Position numbers and translations under genes: made by a program. From the IMG/VR virus record IMGVR_UViG_3300028569_000031, positions 1-64,000 of that record: a stretch of 64,000 nucleotides of DNA. One strand, 5' to 3'. Positions 17,367 to 27,520 of this stretch are shown piece after piece; position 1 is the first letter of the stretch; every line of letters begins with the position of its first letter. A model generated the notes under the pieces. The model searched no databases. It had not been told where the DNA came from and saw only the letters and a list, made by a program, of their open reading frames with translations. Origin of the DNA: a virus.

Positions 17367-18890
17367 ATGGCAGGTACATCCCTTTACTCCGTTTACCGAA
17401 GGACCGCACGTGCTGCAGCAAAACAACAGATAGTAAAAAAGAGTTCCAATATTGATATTGACCTGGCAAGAAAAGATTTTGCTTATTTTTGCACGGCAGT
17501 CGGTGAAAAACCACCGGCAACACACCACCTTCTTTGGCACCAGCACTTATGTACTGGAAATAGTTCGGAATGTTTAATCGATATAGCTGGCCCAAATGTA
17601 GATATACTAGGTCCCAGAGGTAGTGCAAAAAGTACAATTTTAGGTTTATTTACAGCGTGGACAATAGGTGTACATGCTTTAAACAAAAAACCGTTAAAAA
17701 TTCTTTATATTTCTTACACTGTTGATGTAGCCAGACCAAAGAGTGCTGCCATTAAAAGAATCATAGAAGAAAGTAAAACATATAAAGAAGTGTTCCCAAT
17801 GGTAAAAATTGCTAAGGGAATCAATAGTAATGAATACTGGAGTATTGATTGGAAGTTTGCTGGCATTAGATCTACCGGTGAAGAAGAATTTACTCTTTGC
17901 TGCGCTGGGTTAAAAGGTGCTGTAACCTCAAAACGTAGCCATTTATGTATAATAGATGACCCGATTAAGAGCTCTGACGACATTAAGAACAGAGATATCC
18001 GAGTAGCAATGGAAGATAACTGGAACTCAGTTATTACTCCTACAATGTTTGAAGGTGGACGTGCAATTTGTCTTGGTACTAGATTTCGACATGATGATGT
18101 TCACGCCAGTACTTTTACCCCAGGTAATGATTGGGTTCAAATTGTTCAGTCTGCAATAACGGTAGATGATCAAGGAGAAGAAGTTTCCTATTGGCCAGAA
18201 ATGTGGTCTCTTGAGTACCTACAAGACCGTCGTCGTCAGGCTCCTATAAGTTTCAGTTTTCAATATCAAAATCAAATTGTACAAACAAGTGAGCTATCAG
18301 TATCTCCAGATTTAATTGTTAAAGGTCAAATTGCTACTCAGTTTGATGCTTTAGGTATTGGTGTTGATTTATCTGCTGGGGTAAAGGAACGAAATGACTA
18401 TACTGTTTTTGTTATGGGCGGAAGGGTTGGCGACAAGATTCATATTATTGATTGCAAACGAATCAGGATTATGGGTAACCTAGAAAAATTAGAAGCGTTA
18501 ATGGAAATGATGTATGAGTGGGGAGTTGTTCACAAAGACGGAAAAGATTACCATCCTACTGGTAACACTATTGATGTATGGTCTGAAGCTGTAGCCTATC
18601 AAGCATCTTTAGAAGCTGATTTTAGAAGAATATGTCAAGGTGATCACGGACTGTATAACGTTAATTGGCATCCTGTTAAAGGATTTCGCGGAGACAAAGT
18701 AGCGCGTTTCAGGGGAATTATGGGTTTATTTGAACAACGTAAGCTAATCTTTAACAGGTACCGTAAATTTATGGCTTTAACCGATGAGATCGTAAATTTC
18801 GGTGTCAGTTCTCACGATGATTGTGTTGATGCTTTAATTTGGCTTTGTAATGGTTTAATGACCAGAGGAAAACTAGAGCTAGAGTATTGA
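17367..18890 (+). CDS. terL: terminase large subunit
   Basis: Walker A GPRGSAKST, Walker B LCIIDD, GTRF coupling motif, RNase H nuclease IGVDLS...DYT...HDDCVDA. Confidence 0.92.
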   Translation: MAGTSLYSVYRRTARAAAKQQIVKKSSNIDIDLARKDFAYFCTAVGEKPPATHHLLWHQHLCTGNSSECLIDIAGPNVDILGPRGSAKSTILGLFTAWTIGVHALNKKPLKILYISYTVDVARPKSAAIKRIIEESKTYKEVFPMVKIAKGINSNEYWSIDWKFAGIRSTGEEEFTLCCAGLKGAVTSKRSHLCIIDDPIKSSDDIKNRDIRVAMEDNWNSVITPTMFEGGRAICLGTRFRHDDVHASTFTPGNDWVQIVQSAITVDDQGEEVSYWPEMWSLEYLQDRRRQAPISFSFQYQNQIVQTSELSVSPDLIVKGQIATQFDALGIGVDLSAGVKERNDYTVFVMGGRVGDKIHIIDCKRIRIMGNLEKLEALMEMMYEWGVVHKDGKDYHPTGNTIDVWSEAVAYQASLEADFRRICQGDHGLYNVNWHPVKGFRGDKVARFRGIMGLFEQRKLIFNRYRKFMALTDEIVNFGVSSHDDCVDALIWLCNGLMTRGKLELEY

Positions 18891-18920
18891 CGCAACTTAA
18901 ACTTATACAAACACTCAAAA

Positions 18921-19103
18921 ATGTCTACCGGCTATTACGTCATCGAGCTTGAACAGGATGCTTACGGCTCCGCCCTGCTCCCACTTCCCGACGAACTTTG
19001 TCACGACATGTCCCTCACCCCTGGGGAACAATTTGATGTCGAGGTAGAGGACGATGTGATTACATTCAAAAGATTGCACGCTGGTTACGAAATTGAGGCA
19101 TAA
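18921..19103 (+). CDS. AbrB/MazE/SpoVT-like DNA-binding protein
   Basis: G.ALLPLPDEL...MSL.PGEQFDVEVEDD.I..K pattern. Confidence 0.7.
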   Translation: MSTGYYVIELEQDAYGSALLPLPDELCHDMSLTPGEQFDVEVEDDVITFKRLHAGYEIEA

Positions 19104-19127
19104 TAGAGAAACAGGTATTTTTCAAAA

Positions 19128-21392
19128 ATGAGCGATAGCAAGTCAGCGTTAGATTCTATCCTCAAATCCGTTGTTAATCGAGACGGAGGTGGCTCTGCGG
19201 ACACCATGTTGGTGAATGCTCACCTTGCCCAGATGAAAATGTTTGGGATTCGTCAAGGCGTGGAATTTTATCCTGACCAGGATAATTTTGGTACACAGCG
19301 ATTTGATTTTGTTCAACAAGTAATTCGTTTTAATAAACTTGATGCAAGGTTGGATTCCATTTGGGATCGGTTCCTTTCATTTGGAAAAGGCTTATTCTAT
19401 ATAAGGCCTACTAAAAAAACTTATCGTTTATATTGGTTTGATAAAGATGCTTACCGTTCATACTACAGCGCCGATGGTGAACTAGAAGAAGTAGTAATTA
19501 TCTACCCTTATAAAGTAAAGTCGAATCGTGGTTTTTCCGGGGTAGGTTTATCAACAGATAAACGTTACATGAGATTAAGAATTACAGCAACTGAAATTGA
19601 AGAGTATCATAGCGAACAAGAATTAAATTTTGAGTCAACATTAGAGTTTGCAACGTTAGGAAAAAAGACAGTTGTAAACACAATGCAATTTATCCCTTGC
19701 GTTGAGGTTTTTAATAATCCAGATGCTTTTGGTACTGAGGGTAGTGGGGAATTTGAGTGGTTGAGTAATCAAATTATTGCTCACGATGAGATGGTAAAAA
19801 ATATCAGAGCTAATCTTTCTTTCTTTGGAAATCCAACTTTACTGTCTTCTCGCCCCAAACAAGACATTATTGAACAAAAAGATGGAGATGTTTCTCAAAG
19901 GCCAAGTATTGCAAGCCAATCTGGTTTCCAATCTGATTTTCCGCTTTCGAGTTCTACTTATCGCCAAGACAATGTAACCAGGCAAAATCCTGGATACATT
20001 GGAAAACCTGGCACTGGTATGCGGGTACCGCGTGTTATTGCAAACCTTGAGCCAACAGATCGTGTTGGTTTTATTACCCCTAATGCAATAAGCACTGACC
20101 AAGCAAGATACGCAGAACAGTTGAGATCTGAGATACGCCTAGCTCTTGGCGGTATTGACGACTTAAGTATTACAAACGTAACTGCTACTGAAATTAAATC
20201 AGCTTATGGTCGTGTAAGTGCGACAGCTAAGAAAAAATGTTTACAAATTTATACGTATGGAATTTGTAGATGTTTTGAATTAATGATTTTTCAAGAGGAG
20301 CAAATATTCAGAAAAACACTTGCTTTTAGTTCTGGCTTAAAATATCCTGATCCACCTGAAGATTTAGAAGATCCGAAACTTGAAGCAAAGTATGAGAAAG
20401 CAAAAGATAAGTATGAACAGGGTTTACAAGCTGCAATTGATAATGCAATACAAACAAAAACAATACCGCCAGGGGTCTTAGGTCTTGCTCCAGATGGGGA
20501 TAGAACTGTTTGTTGGCGATGGATGGGTCCTGTTTATGAAGACACCGCTCAAGATAAACTTAACCAATCTATCTTTACACGTAACCTACAGGAATTAGGT
20601 GTTGATAGCATTGAAGCACTGAAGTATTTGTTCCCTTCAAAAACGGACGACGAAATCGCAGGCATGCTCTCCGGTTTCCCGTTCCGCATGGTGGGTGAAG
20701 TACAGAGGGCGATGTCTACTTTCATTGACCTGGTTAACCAGCAAATGAGGACCCCGCATCCGCAGCAGCCGGATATACCGATGGCTGCGGACCCACGTCT
20801 TGATCTTACACCGTTCCTTTACCGAACTCTCGAAAGCCTACAAAAAGAGGTAACCTATGCAGGCCGATACCGCAATGCCGACCCAATCGGCACCCCAAGT
20901 ATCTCAGACCCAACCGATCAGCTACGCGGCTCCAGTTTCTCAAACAGCAGCCTACGCGCCAACGGTTTCAACAACGTCCCAATGGGTGGCGCCTTACCAG
21001 CAGGTAACGGCCCCAGCACCGCAAATGCAGGCCCAGATGGGCGTCCCCCAGACGCAATACAGCCCTACAGCGTCGTACCCCCAAGCTTACCAGGCGTCCC
21101 CACAATCGCCCCAGTCGGAGAATCCTTACAAGGAGGCATTCAACCGGGTAGTAGGACTCCTGAGTTCGCCGGTCCAATTCCCGTTCCAGGGTCAACAGTC
21201 TCAAACGAGCCCTCAGTACGCCCCGGCCAACTACAGTTCCCAAGCGGCTCCCCAGTACAGCAACGCGGGGACGCAGACCTATACGCCTGGGATCAACAGC
21301 AACCAGGGTTACTCCAACGGTTATTCCCAAACTTCTCAGGAACTGACCAGGGAGCAGCTCCAAGCAAACGGAGTAAGCGAAGCAAGTCTTAG
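19128..21392 (+). CDS. portal protein with Pro/Gly-rich C-terminal extension
   Basis: large gene between terL and scaffold/MCP; IPCVEV.N, A.EIK portal-like segments. Confidence 0.7.
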   Translation: MSDSKSALDSILKSVVNRDGGGSADTMLVNAHLAQMKMFGIRQGVEFYPDQDNFGTQRFDFVQQVIRFNKLDARLDSIWDRFLSFGKGLFYIRPTKKTYRLYWFDKDAYRSYYSADGELEEVVIIYPYKVKSNRGFSGVGLSTDKRYMRLRITATEIEEYHSEQELNFESTLEFATLGKKTVVNTMQFIPCVEVFNNPDAFGTEGSGEFEWLSNQIIAHDEMVKNIRANLSFFGNPTLLSSRPKQDIIEQKDGDVSQRPSIASQSGFQSDFPLSSSTYRQDNVTRQNPGYIGKPGTGMRVPRVIANLEPTDRVGFITPNAISTDQARYAEQLRSEIRLALGGIDDLSITNVTATEIKSAYGRVSATAKKKCLQIYTYGICRCFELMIFQEEQIFRKTLAFSSGLKYPDPPEDLEDPKLEAKYEKAKDKYEQGLQAAIDNAIQTKTIPPGVLGLAPDGDRTVCWRWMGPVYEDTAQDKLNQSIFTRNLQELGVDSIEALKYLFPSKTDDEIAGMLSGFPFRMVGEVQRAMSTFIDLVNQQMRTPHPQQPDIPMAADPRLDLTPFLYRTLESLQKEVTYAGRYRNADPIGTPSISDPTDQLRGSSFSNSSLRANGFNNVPMGGALPAGNGPSTANAGPDGRPPDAIQPYSVVPPSLPGVPTIAPVGESLQGGIQPGSRTPEFAGPIPVPGSTVSNEPSVRPGQLQFPSGSPVQQRGDADLYAWDQQQPGLLQRLFPNFSGTDQGAAPSKRSKRSKS

Positions 21393-21864
21393 TGTAATTG
21401 ATCATTTTGGTGCTGATTGTCCAGCAATTCTTAATGATTATTCTTGCAAAATTGAAGACGCTCTTATTGTTACCAATAACCAGTTAATTCACGCAGTTAA
21501 TCTACTGAAAGAATTATCCGCTGAGCATAAAGCTTACGAGACAATTCTTACAGATCCTGATGTACTTGCTGATTATACTTGCGAGTTCTTCGGTGAAAAC
21601 GGTCCTTACCCTGTTCCCGATGAATCAGTTTCTTACAGCAGGCCTGTAGGTCAACAGTTTGTTAATCCAACTGTTGCTCCTCAGTATCAGCGTCCTGACA
21701 TGCCAGTTCCTCCTCAGCCTCAGCAAACACAAGGCAATCCAGCGGATTTCTGGAATAGTTTTGGTTCGTTGGCTGACCGTGATCCCGCTAATGCATGGCG
21801 CTATTTGAATGCAGCACAACAAAATCCTGATGTATTCCGCCAGAAACTCCTGGTAATGGAATGA
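20857..21864 (+). CDS. putative capsid scaffolding protein
   Basis: GAGG-N6-ATG at 20857; Q/P/S/Y-rich N-half, coiled coil, C-terminal helical motif; upstream of MCP. Confidence 0.65.
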   Translation: MQADTAMPTQSAPQVSQTQPISYAAPVSQTAAYAPTVSTTSQWVAPYQQVTAPAPQMQAQMGVPQTQYSPTASYPQAYQASPQSPQSENPYKEAFNRVVGLLSSPVQFPFQGQQSQTSPQYAPANYSSQAAPQYSNAGTQTYTPGINSNQGYSNGYSQTSQELTREQLQANGVSEASLSVIDHFGADCPAILNDYSCKIEDALIVTNNQLIHAVNLLKELSAEHKAYETILTDPDVLADYTCEFFGENGPYPVPDESVSYSRPVGQQFVNPTVAPQYQRPDMPVPPQPQQTQGNPADFWNSFGSLADRDPANAWRYLNAAQQNPDVFRQKLLVME

Positions 21865-21895
21865 TCATTAGTTTGATCTATTAAGTTTAGAATAT

Positions 21896-21921
21896 GGGGT
21901 AGTAAATGCTACCCCTTTTTT
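21896..21921 (+). terminator. intrinsic terminator
   Basis: GGGGTAGT-AAAT-GCTACCCC-TTTTTT. Confidence 0.7.
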
Positions 21922-21941
21922 ATTAAATATAGAGGCATAAA

Positions 21942-22442
21942 ATGTTTAATGTGCCACCGAACGTACAATCCGCTGTTACCAGTGCTGGAGAAGCAGTTAA
22001 AAGCGGCGTTCAAGCAACAGAAAAAGTAGGAAAACGTGCAGCTAATTTTATTGCTGCAATTGGAACAAGTGGTGGTCCTGTTGGATCCGCTGCGTTAATT
22101 GGATTTGGAGCTGGTGCGGTTACCGGTGCATTAACATCAGCTTACCAACGTGAGCAAGGATTACATCGAATGGCTGGGGAAGCAATTAAAATTGGCAGCC
22201 CTCACTCACAGAGTGCAGTAATGCCAACGGATCTACAAGCCGGATATTTAAATTTAAATACTTTTGGATCGCCCCTACCAACACATGGATTAATGGGTGC
22301 TCATAATTTACGTGCCTCACAAATAATTCAAGATCAAGCAACTGCATCTGAGCAGCAATATATGTCAGCATATATGCCGCAAACAGGTCAACTTCCTTTT
22401 GGGGAACTAACCCAACAACCACAACAAAAAGGTCGCCGCTAA
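21942..22442 (+). CDS. putative virion protein
   Basis: GA-rich hydrophobic segment, RMAGE motif. Confidence 0.6.
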   Translation: MFNVPPNVQSAVTSAGEAVKSGVQATEKVGKRAANFIAAIGTSGGPVGSAALIGFGAGAVTGALTSAYQREQGLHRMAGEAIKIGSPHSQSAVMPTDLQAGYLNLNTFGSPLPTHGLMGAHNLRASQIIQDQATASEQQYMSAYMPQTGQLPFGELTQQPQQKGRR

Positions 22443-22741
22443 TGGACCACAACAAAGCCAAGAAAGCTAAAACAAAAGCTAAGTCACACAACACACAGAA
22501 AAAATCTTCCCCAGAACAAGTTGCCCAGCAACAAGCCGCCACAGCGCAGATGATGGCAATGTCTCAGCAACAGGGCCAGGGTTTTATTAATCCGGAAGTG
22601 CAAGCACAGCAAATTTCTTTACAACCGCCAACAACTAATCCTTATCACATGATGGGTGCAATGGCGCCTACATCTTACCGTTACGGAAACATGGTAGATG
22701 GTTACGCTGGAGTTGATCCGCAATTTCGCCCAATGGGTTAA
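22442..22741 (+). CDS. K/Q-rich hypothetical protein
   Basis: 99 aa, coupled to upstream stop. Confidence 0.6.
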   Translation: MDHNKAKKAKTKAKSHNTQKKSSPEQVAQQQAATAQMMAMSQQQGQGFINPEVQAQQISLQPPTTNPYHMMGAMAPTSYRYGNMVDGYAGVDPQFRPMG

Positions 22742-22852
22742 TAATCGGGGTAAGTAAGTCTTTGCTATAATTTTATTAATGGAGCAAATGTTCCAGATAC
22801 TTTGAGGTAATTAACCTCAGGTTTCAGCTAATCCTTACGCTGAGTAACCACT

Positions 22853-23995
22853 ATGTTTATCGATAACGACTTTCCCAAGCTGTTGGGCGCGGAGCTGTAC
22901 CGCCCCCACCCAGCGTATATCGTGGAGATGGCGGCTGAGCCCGTTGTGGTCCATGACTTCACAAAACAGCCAGGACAGACTGTGCAGCTGGACCGTTATC
23001 GTTTCTGGGGTAACCCTGGAACAAAGACCAGCCGCGAGCGTACCCAAGATCAAACTATCGGTACAGCTAGCAGCCGTGCAATCGTAAAAGACAAGGTTCT
23101 TGTTTCTTTGCGTGAGTACACTGGTCCTGCCGACCCTAACAATACAAACCTTCCCAGCACCTTCAAGATTGCTAGGGAAACCCTGATGACCGCTCAGCGT
23201 CTTCTTTTGGACTCCGGGAACCTTAATATGTTCCACCAGTCCATTGGTTCGTTGACACTTCTGGATGATTATCGTCGTTGGAGGGACCGCGTGTTCCTTG
23301 ACGAGATGGCGAAATCAGAATCCCGTGGCGCATCTGGCGACTCACAGGGCGGTTACTACTACCCCAACGGTAAGGCCAAGTCTTCTTCTACCGTACTTAG
23401 CTCTTATAGTGCTACCGAGTACGCTTCTGAGCGTTACAAGTTTAACGTAAAGACCGACCTTCTAGAGGTTGTTCGTCAATTGCGTAAGCGTAACGTTCCT
23501 GTATTCCAAGACGGTTACTATCGTTGTATTGCTGACCCTTCTTTCATGAAGGATCTGCGTGCTGATCAAGGCTTCCGTGAAATCGCCCGTTACCCAGGTA
23601 TGGGTCAAGGCAACCCTCTCATGGGTGCTGCTGGTCCTAACCAGGCAATTTATGGTGGTGGTCAATACGGCCAAGCAATGTTTGTTGCTGGTGAGCCCGT
23701 GATGCCTACCGGATTTGTATTTGAAGGAGTACGCTTCTTCGAGTCAACCAACTTTGCTGAAAAATCCATCACTTGTGATATTGGCGATGGTAGCGGTGCC
23801 ATTACCCACACCACTCCTCCAGGCCTATTCTTTGGTCCTCAGGCAGTAGGCGTTGGTATCGGTGGCCCTAACGCCCAGGTTCTTATTAACAACAACGATG
23901 ACTTTAGCCGTTTCATTATCTTGATCTGGCAACTGTACGCTGGTTTTGCTAATTTGAACAAGGACTTTATCACCTCTGCTTTCACCATTATTTGA
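22853..23995 (+). CDS. major capsid protein
   Basis: 380 aa; PGQTVQL.RY, V.V.LREY, YRCIADP, GF.FEGVRF.ES, G.FFGPQA, DF.R motifs; C/T-ending codon bias typical of highly expressed genes. Confidence 0.8.
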   Translation: MFIDNDFPKLLGAELYRPHPAYIVEMAAEPVVVHDFTKQPGQTVQLDRYRFWGNPGTKTSRERTQDQTIGTASSRAIVKDKVLVSLREYTGPADPNNTNLPSTFKIARETLMTAQRLLLDSGNLNMFHQSIGSLTLLDDYRRWRDRVFLDEMAKSESRGASGDSQGGYYYPNGKAKSSSTVLSSYSATEYASERYKFNVKTDLLEVVRQLRKRNVPVFQDGYYRCIADPSFMKDLRADQGFREIARYPGMGQGNPLMGAAGPNQAIYGGGQYGQAMFVAGEPVMPTGFVFEGVRFFESTNFAEKSITCDIGDGSGAITHTTPPGLFFGPQAVGVGIGGPNAQVLINNNDDFSRFIILIWQLYAGFANLNKDFITSAFTII

Positions 23996-24014
23996 GAATA
24001 AGAGGTACTAACAA

Positions 24015-24845
24015 ATGGCAACTTACAAAACAAATGCTGGAAACATTCTCCAGCCCGGCGCTCAGATCAATCGCCTTTCTTCATTCAACGTAGAAGGTGT
24101 TTATGGTTGGCCAGGTATTGAAGCGTATGAGCTGGTTGGTTATGTAAAGATTAGCAATTTAGTTGCCGACAGGGCAAGCTACAAGAGCTTTGACATTACT
24201 GTACCTTCACCAGATCGTCGTGTTGATGACCGTGTACGTGATAACCGTACTTCATTGGTTGTTAATGCTTCTACTTTGCGCCCAGCTTATGTGTACGGTG
24301 CTTCTATAGCCGTAGCACAAGACATTCCTTCCGGTGGTGTAGTTGGATTCCCCGCGTCTCCTGTAACTGCAGACATCGGCGGAACAACTAGCGATCTCCT
24401 CTTCCTTGGCCCTAACAATAGTGGTGTTCCTTTTGGTATCCCTAGTTCACAGGCCAACGGTTTAGCTGCTGCATCCTCTTACCTAACTGCTGCTTCTAAC
24501 CTGTTTACTCAAGGTTCAGCCGCTGTTACAGGTGGTGGTACAGCAGGTATTGCTCCTTTCCTTAACACCGTTACTACTGCGGGTATTGTCGCTGCTAACC
24601 TTGCAGACTCAATGCTCTACAAGGTGACTGCAGATACTACCTTCAAGGTGTTTAGCACCACTGGTGTTACTGCAACCACTGTTAACGGTGCTGGTGTCTT
24701 TATCAGCGCAGCTGATTCTGATGCTGGTAAGGCAGGTTACTTGTTGTGCCGGGTTAATTACCTGCGCACAGCAGCTGCTGTTTCTTGGAATGACATCCAA
24801 GGTTTCATTGACTTTGCTTCTCAGGTTGGCGGCAACGATACTTGA
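24015..24845 (+). CDS. putative capsid decoration/second structural protein
   Basis: directly after MCP, AGAGG RBS, beta-rich A/G/S/T composition. Confidence 0.55.
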   Translation: MATYKTNAGNILQPGAQINRLSSFNVEGVYGWPGIEAYELVGYVKISNLVADRASYKSFDITVPSPDRRVDDRVRDNRTSLVVNASTLRPAYVYGASIAVAQDIPSGGVVGFPASPVTADIGGTTSDLLFLGPNNSGVPFGIPSSQANGLAAASSYLTAASNLFTQGSAAVTGGGTAGIAPFLNTVTTAGIVAANLADSMLYKVTADTTFKVFSTTGVTATTVNGAGVFISAADSDAGKAGYLLCRVNYLRTAAAVSWNDIQGFIDFASQVGGNDT

Positions 24846-24905
24846 TACTGGTCAATAAGGGTTAAGGTGGGTATTGTATTGATAGCTGTCATTTCATTTT
24901 TTTAA

Positions 24906-25346
24906 ATGCTGTATCAATACAAGCCCACCGGCTCCCTTCTTGAAGTTGTCTCTAAGCATGGGGAGGGCATCCTCATGTGTGTCGATTCACAAGATGAAGT
25001 TTGGTATGTAGCGGAAGAGGACCTTGTTCCACATCTTGATGCTACAAATGAAAAAATCCGTACAGAAGAACGTCTTACTGCTCAACTAGAAGAAGAAGGC
25101 GTTAAACCTGCAAAAGCAACTAATCGAGAAACATTTCCACTTGACGTTAGGATTAACATAAATACTGCAAGTGCAAGACAAATTGCTGACGCATTACCTG
25201 GAGTAGGATTAAAAACAGCACGGGACATTAAAGACTTACAATCTTCAATGACCGGTGAAAAGTTCGTTAAACTAGATCAACTTAAATCCATCAAACGGGT
25301 TGACTGGGACGAAATCTTTAAAGAAAATCTTATCCGCGTTGAGTAA
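24906..25346 (+). CDS. helix-hairpin-helix (ComEA-like) DNA-binding protein
   Basis: RININTAS..QIA..LPGVG.KTA..I. Confidence 0.75.
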   Translation: MLYQYKPTGSLLEVVSKHGEGILMCVDSQDEVWYVAEEDLVPHLDATNEKIRTEERLTAQLEEEGVKPAKATNRETFPLDVRININTASARQIADALPGVGLKTARDIKDLQSSMTGEKFVKLDQLKSIKRVDWDEIFKENLIRVE

Positions 25347-25825
25347 TGCAACTCGATAGCTTCCTCAAATCAAAAGTCCGCTGGCACCTGGGATATAACA
25401 CTACAAGCGTCCCCGCTGGTGATCAGGCTCGTCTTGAGGAAGCTGTCAACAACATCCCAGATTCGTTCTGGTATTCAAAAATTGTCGAACAAGTAGGTAG
25501 GTGCGATCAAGCAGAGAAACGTACCGACATGACTGGTAGTGTTAACAACAATACTATTCCGCGTAATCGTATTGAAAGTATTGCAGGCGACGTAGATCGT
25601 ACAATTGCTACTTCTGATTTTAGAGAAACACTTAAAACTTGGACGGCGATTTATATATACGAGACGGATCGATTAGCCCTACATCTTTATGTTCCAAATT
25701 ACCGAAACCCTGAACAGGCTAGGTATCGATTTGATCGGGAAGGAGCTGAATTCATTCAAGCACTTCCAGGCCCTGCTGACGTTGCTGTTGGCACTAGGCT
25801 CATGCTTTCAAATAGTTTCCGCTAG
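25346..25825 (+). CDS. putative head-tail adaptor
   Basis: helical 159 aa in head completion position; family uncertain. Confidence 0.45.
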   Translation: MQLDSFLKSKVRWHLGYNTTSVPAGDQARLEEAVNNIPDSFWYSKIVEQVGRCDQAEKRTDMTGSVNNNTIPRNRIESIAGDVDRTIATSDFRETLKTWTAIYIYETDRLALHLYVPNYRNPEQARYRFDREGAEFIQALPGPADVAVGTRLMLSNSFR

Positions 25826-25841
25826 AGAGGTTAACAATAAA

Positions 25842-26459
25842 GTGGCAGCTTTAAACGCAAGTCAGCTTTTACAATTAGCCCAAAAAGCAGGGTTTAAGGA
25901 TAAAGAAGCCAAGACCATGGCTGCAATCATCCTTGGTGAGTCCAGTGGTAGACCAGATGCATACAACCCTAATGCAACTACTGGTGATAAATCTTACGGA
26001 CTGGCCCAGATAAATATGATCGGCTCCATGGGGCCAGCAAGATTAAAGCAATTTGGTTTACAAAAAAATGAACAGCTTTTTGATCCAGCTACTAATTTAG
26101 CTGCCGCACAAAAAGTTTATTCTGAGGTTGGTAATAAATTTACACCTTGGTCTGTATATAGCTCTGGTGCATACAAACAATTCTTACCTCAAGTAGAGAA
26201 GGCGGCCTTAACTTCACAACAGGTAGCAACAACTCAGCCTGCAGAAGCTACGCAGCCTAAAGCGTTAACTCCAGATGCGGTATCTAAAACAGGTAATACA
26301 TTTGTTGTTTACACCGGAGACAAATCACCAACTGACTTTCTTAATGATTTTATAAAAGAAAAACAATCCGTCGATTCAACTGGTCTTATTAAATCCAGTC
26401 AAATTGATCCGATGAAACTTTTGACCGATGCTTTTAAGGTTAATTATTTTGACAATTAA
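25842..26459 (+). CDS. lytic transglycosylase (SLT-like) with C-terminal tag
   Basis: A...ESSG, SYGLAQIN, LFDP.TN, PWSVY; GTG 25842 is the likelier start. Confidence 0.8.
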   Translation: MAALNASQLLQLAQKAGFKDKEAKTMAAIILGESSGRPDAYNPNATTGDKSYGLAQINMIGSMGPARLKQFGLQKNEQLFDPATNLAAAQKVYSEVGNKFTPWSVYSSGAYKQFLPQVEKAALTSQQVATTQPAEATQPKALTPDAVSKTGNTFVVYTGDKSPTDFLNDFIKEKQSVDSTGLIKSSQIDPMKLLTDAFKVNYFDN

Positions 26460-26488
26460 ATTAGAATTTAATTAAGCGATCTACTATT

Positions 26489-27148
26489 ATGTCAGAAAAA
26501 TCTATTGTTGATGTAGGTAAGTTTCTTCAGAAATATGGATTAAAGATTGGTGAAAATCCTGCTTTTGGAGGAGTTTCCAATGTGCATACAAAAGGTTCTT
26601 ACCATTACACCCCAGGTGGCTCTGCAATTGATGTTACTGACTGGAGGCCGGACATGGCACCTGCTTACGAAGGGGGTCCTTCTAAGAGCTGGAAACAGCG
26701 CACAGGGGAGTTGTCTTGGCGTGCTAAAAAGTTAGGTGCCTTTACCGAAGCACTTGGGCCTGGTGACCCCGGCCATGACACACATGTGCATTTAGCGTTA
26801 GCAAAAAACGCTCCCTTATCTGAGCAACAATTAGAGTGGCTTGCAACTGGTAGATATAAGACCCCAGACGGTAAGCTTTCTAGCTCCCTTCCTACTAGCT
26901 ATTCCACCGGCCAATCCCCATCACCTACTCCGGCGCAGGCAGCACAACCTCAAACCGCACCGCAAGGAACAGGCAACACAATTGTTCTTGTTCCTGGTAT
27001 GCCTAATCAACAAAAAACCAGTGAAGATTACCTTACTGATTTTCTTTCAAAGAACTTTACTAAAACAAGTACAGGTAATACACAGTCTCAAATTGATCCA
27101 ATTGCAGCGTTAAGACAGGCCTTTAATACACCATCTACTTTTGAATAA
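26489..27148 (+). CDS. M15-like Zn peptidoglycan peptidase with C-terminal tag
   Basis: H..GSYHY...AIDV and H.THVH zinc-ligand motifs. Confidence 0.7.
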   Translation: MSEKSIVDVGKFLQKYGLKIGENPAFGGVSNVHTKGSYHYTPGGSAIDVTDWRPDMAPAYEGGPSKSWKQRTGELSWRAKKLGAFTEALGPGDPGHDTHVHLALAKNAPLSEQQLEWLATGRYKTPDGKLSSSLPTSYSTGQSPSPTPAQAAQPQTAPQGTGNTIVLVPGMPNQQKTSEDYLTDFLSKNFTKTSTGNTQSQIDPIAALRQAFNTPSTFE

Positions 27149-27447
27149 TGAGATTCGCTCAAGTCCCTGGTTACGAACCGAGCTTTCCCGTTACCTACGG
27201 TAATTTATATGGAGACAGCACGTTAACTACTGCAGGTTTTAGTGACCCATTTAACATGAAACGCACTGAGAAAATAATGCATTGTCCATACGTAGTCTCT
27301 TACAATGGTATTGAGGAGCCACGGTTCCAACTAAACAACCCAGCTTATATGAGGGAGGTTGACCGCTCTCATAGCGACCCACTGCCTCCAGTTGGGTTGA
27401 GCCGTAACTCAAGACAAAACGATTTACATGGCGTATACAAAACCTGA
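27148..27447 (+). CDS. hypothetical protein
   Basis: 99 aa, coupled. Confidence 0.6.
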   Translation: MRFAQVPGYEPSFPVTYGNLYGDSTLTTAGFSDPFNMKRTEKIMHCPYVVSYNGIEEPRFQLNNPAYMREVDRSHSDPLPPVGLSRNSRQNDLHGVYKT

Positions 27448-27520
27448 ACTTAGGGAACGACTTAAGAATCGAATAAAATCCGGTTCTAAAGGAGGTAAAC
27501 CAGGGCAATGTAATGGCTGA
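27428..27520 (+). pseudogene. truncated DUF5872-like N-terminal fragment
   Basis: MAYTKPELRERLKNRIKSGSKGGKPGQ then CNG*; family normally continues WSARKAQ. Confidence 0.6.

Noticed and set aside
20968-21405. 145-aa antisense ORF making a triple overlap
   Set aside because: Expected by-product of GC-rich dual-coding DNA; no independent expression signal.
22835-24033. Antisense ORFs over the capsid gene
   Set aside because: Shadow ORFs caused by biased codon usage.
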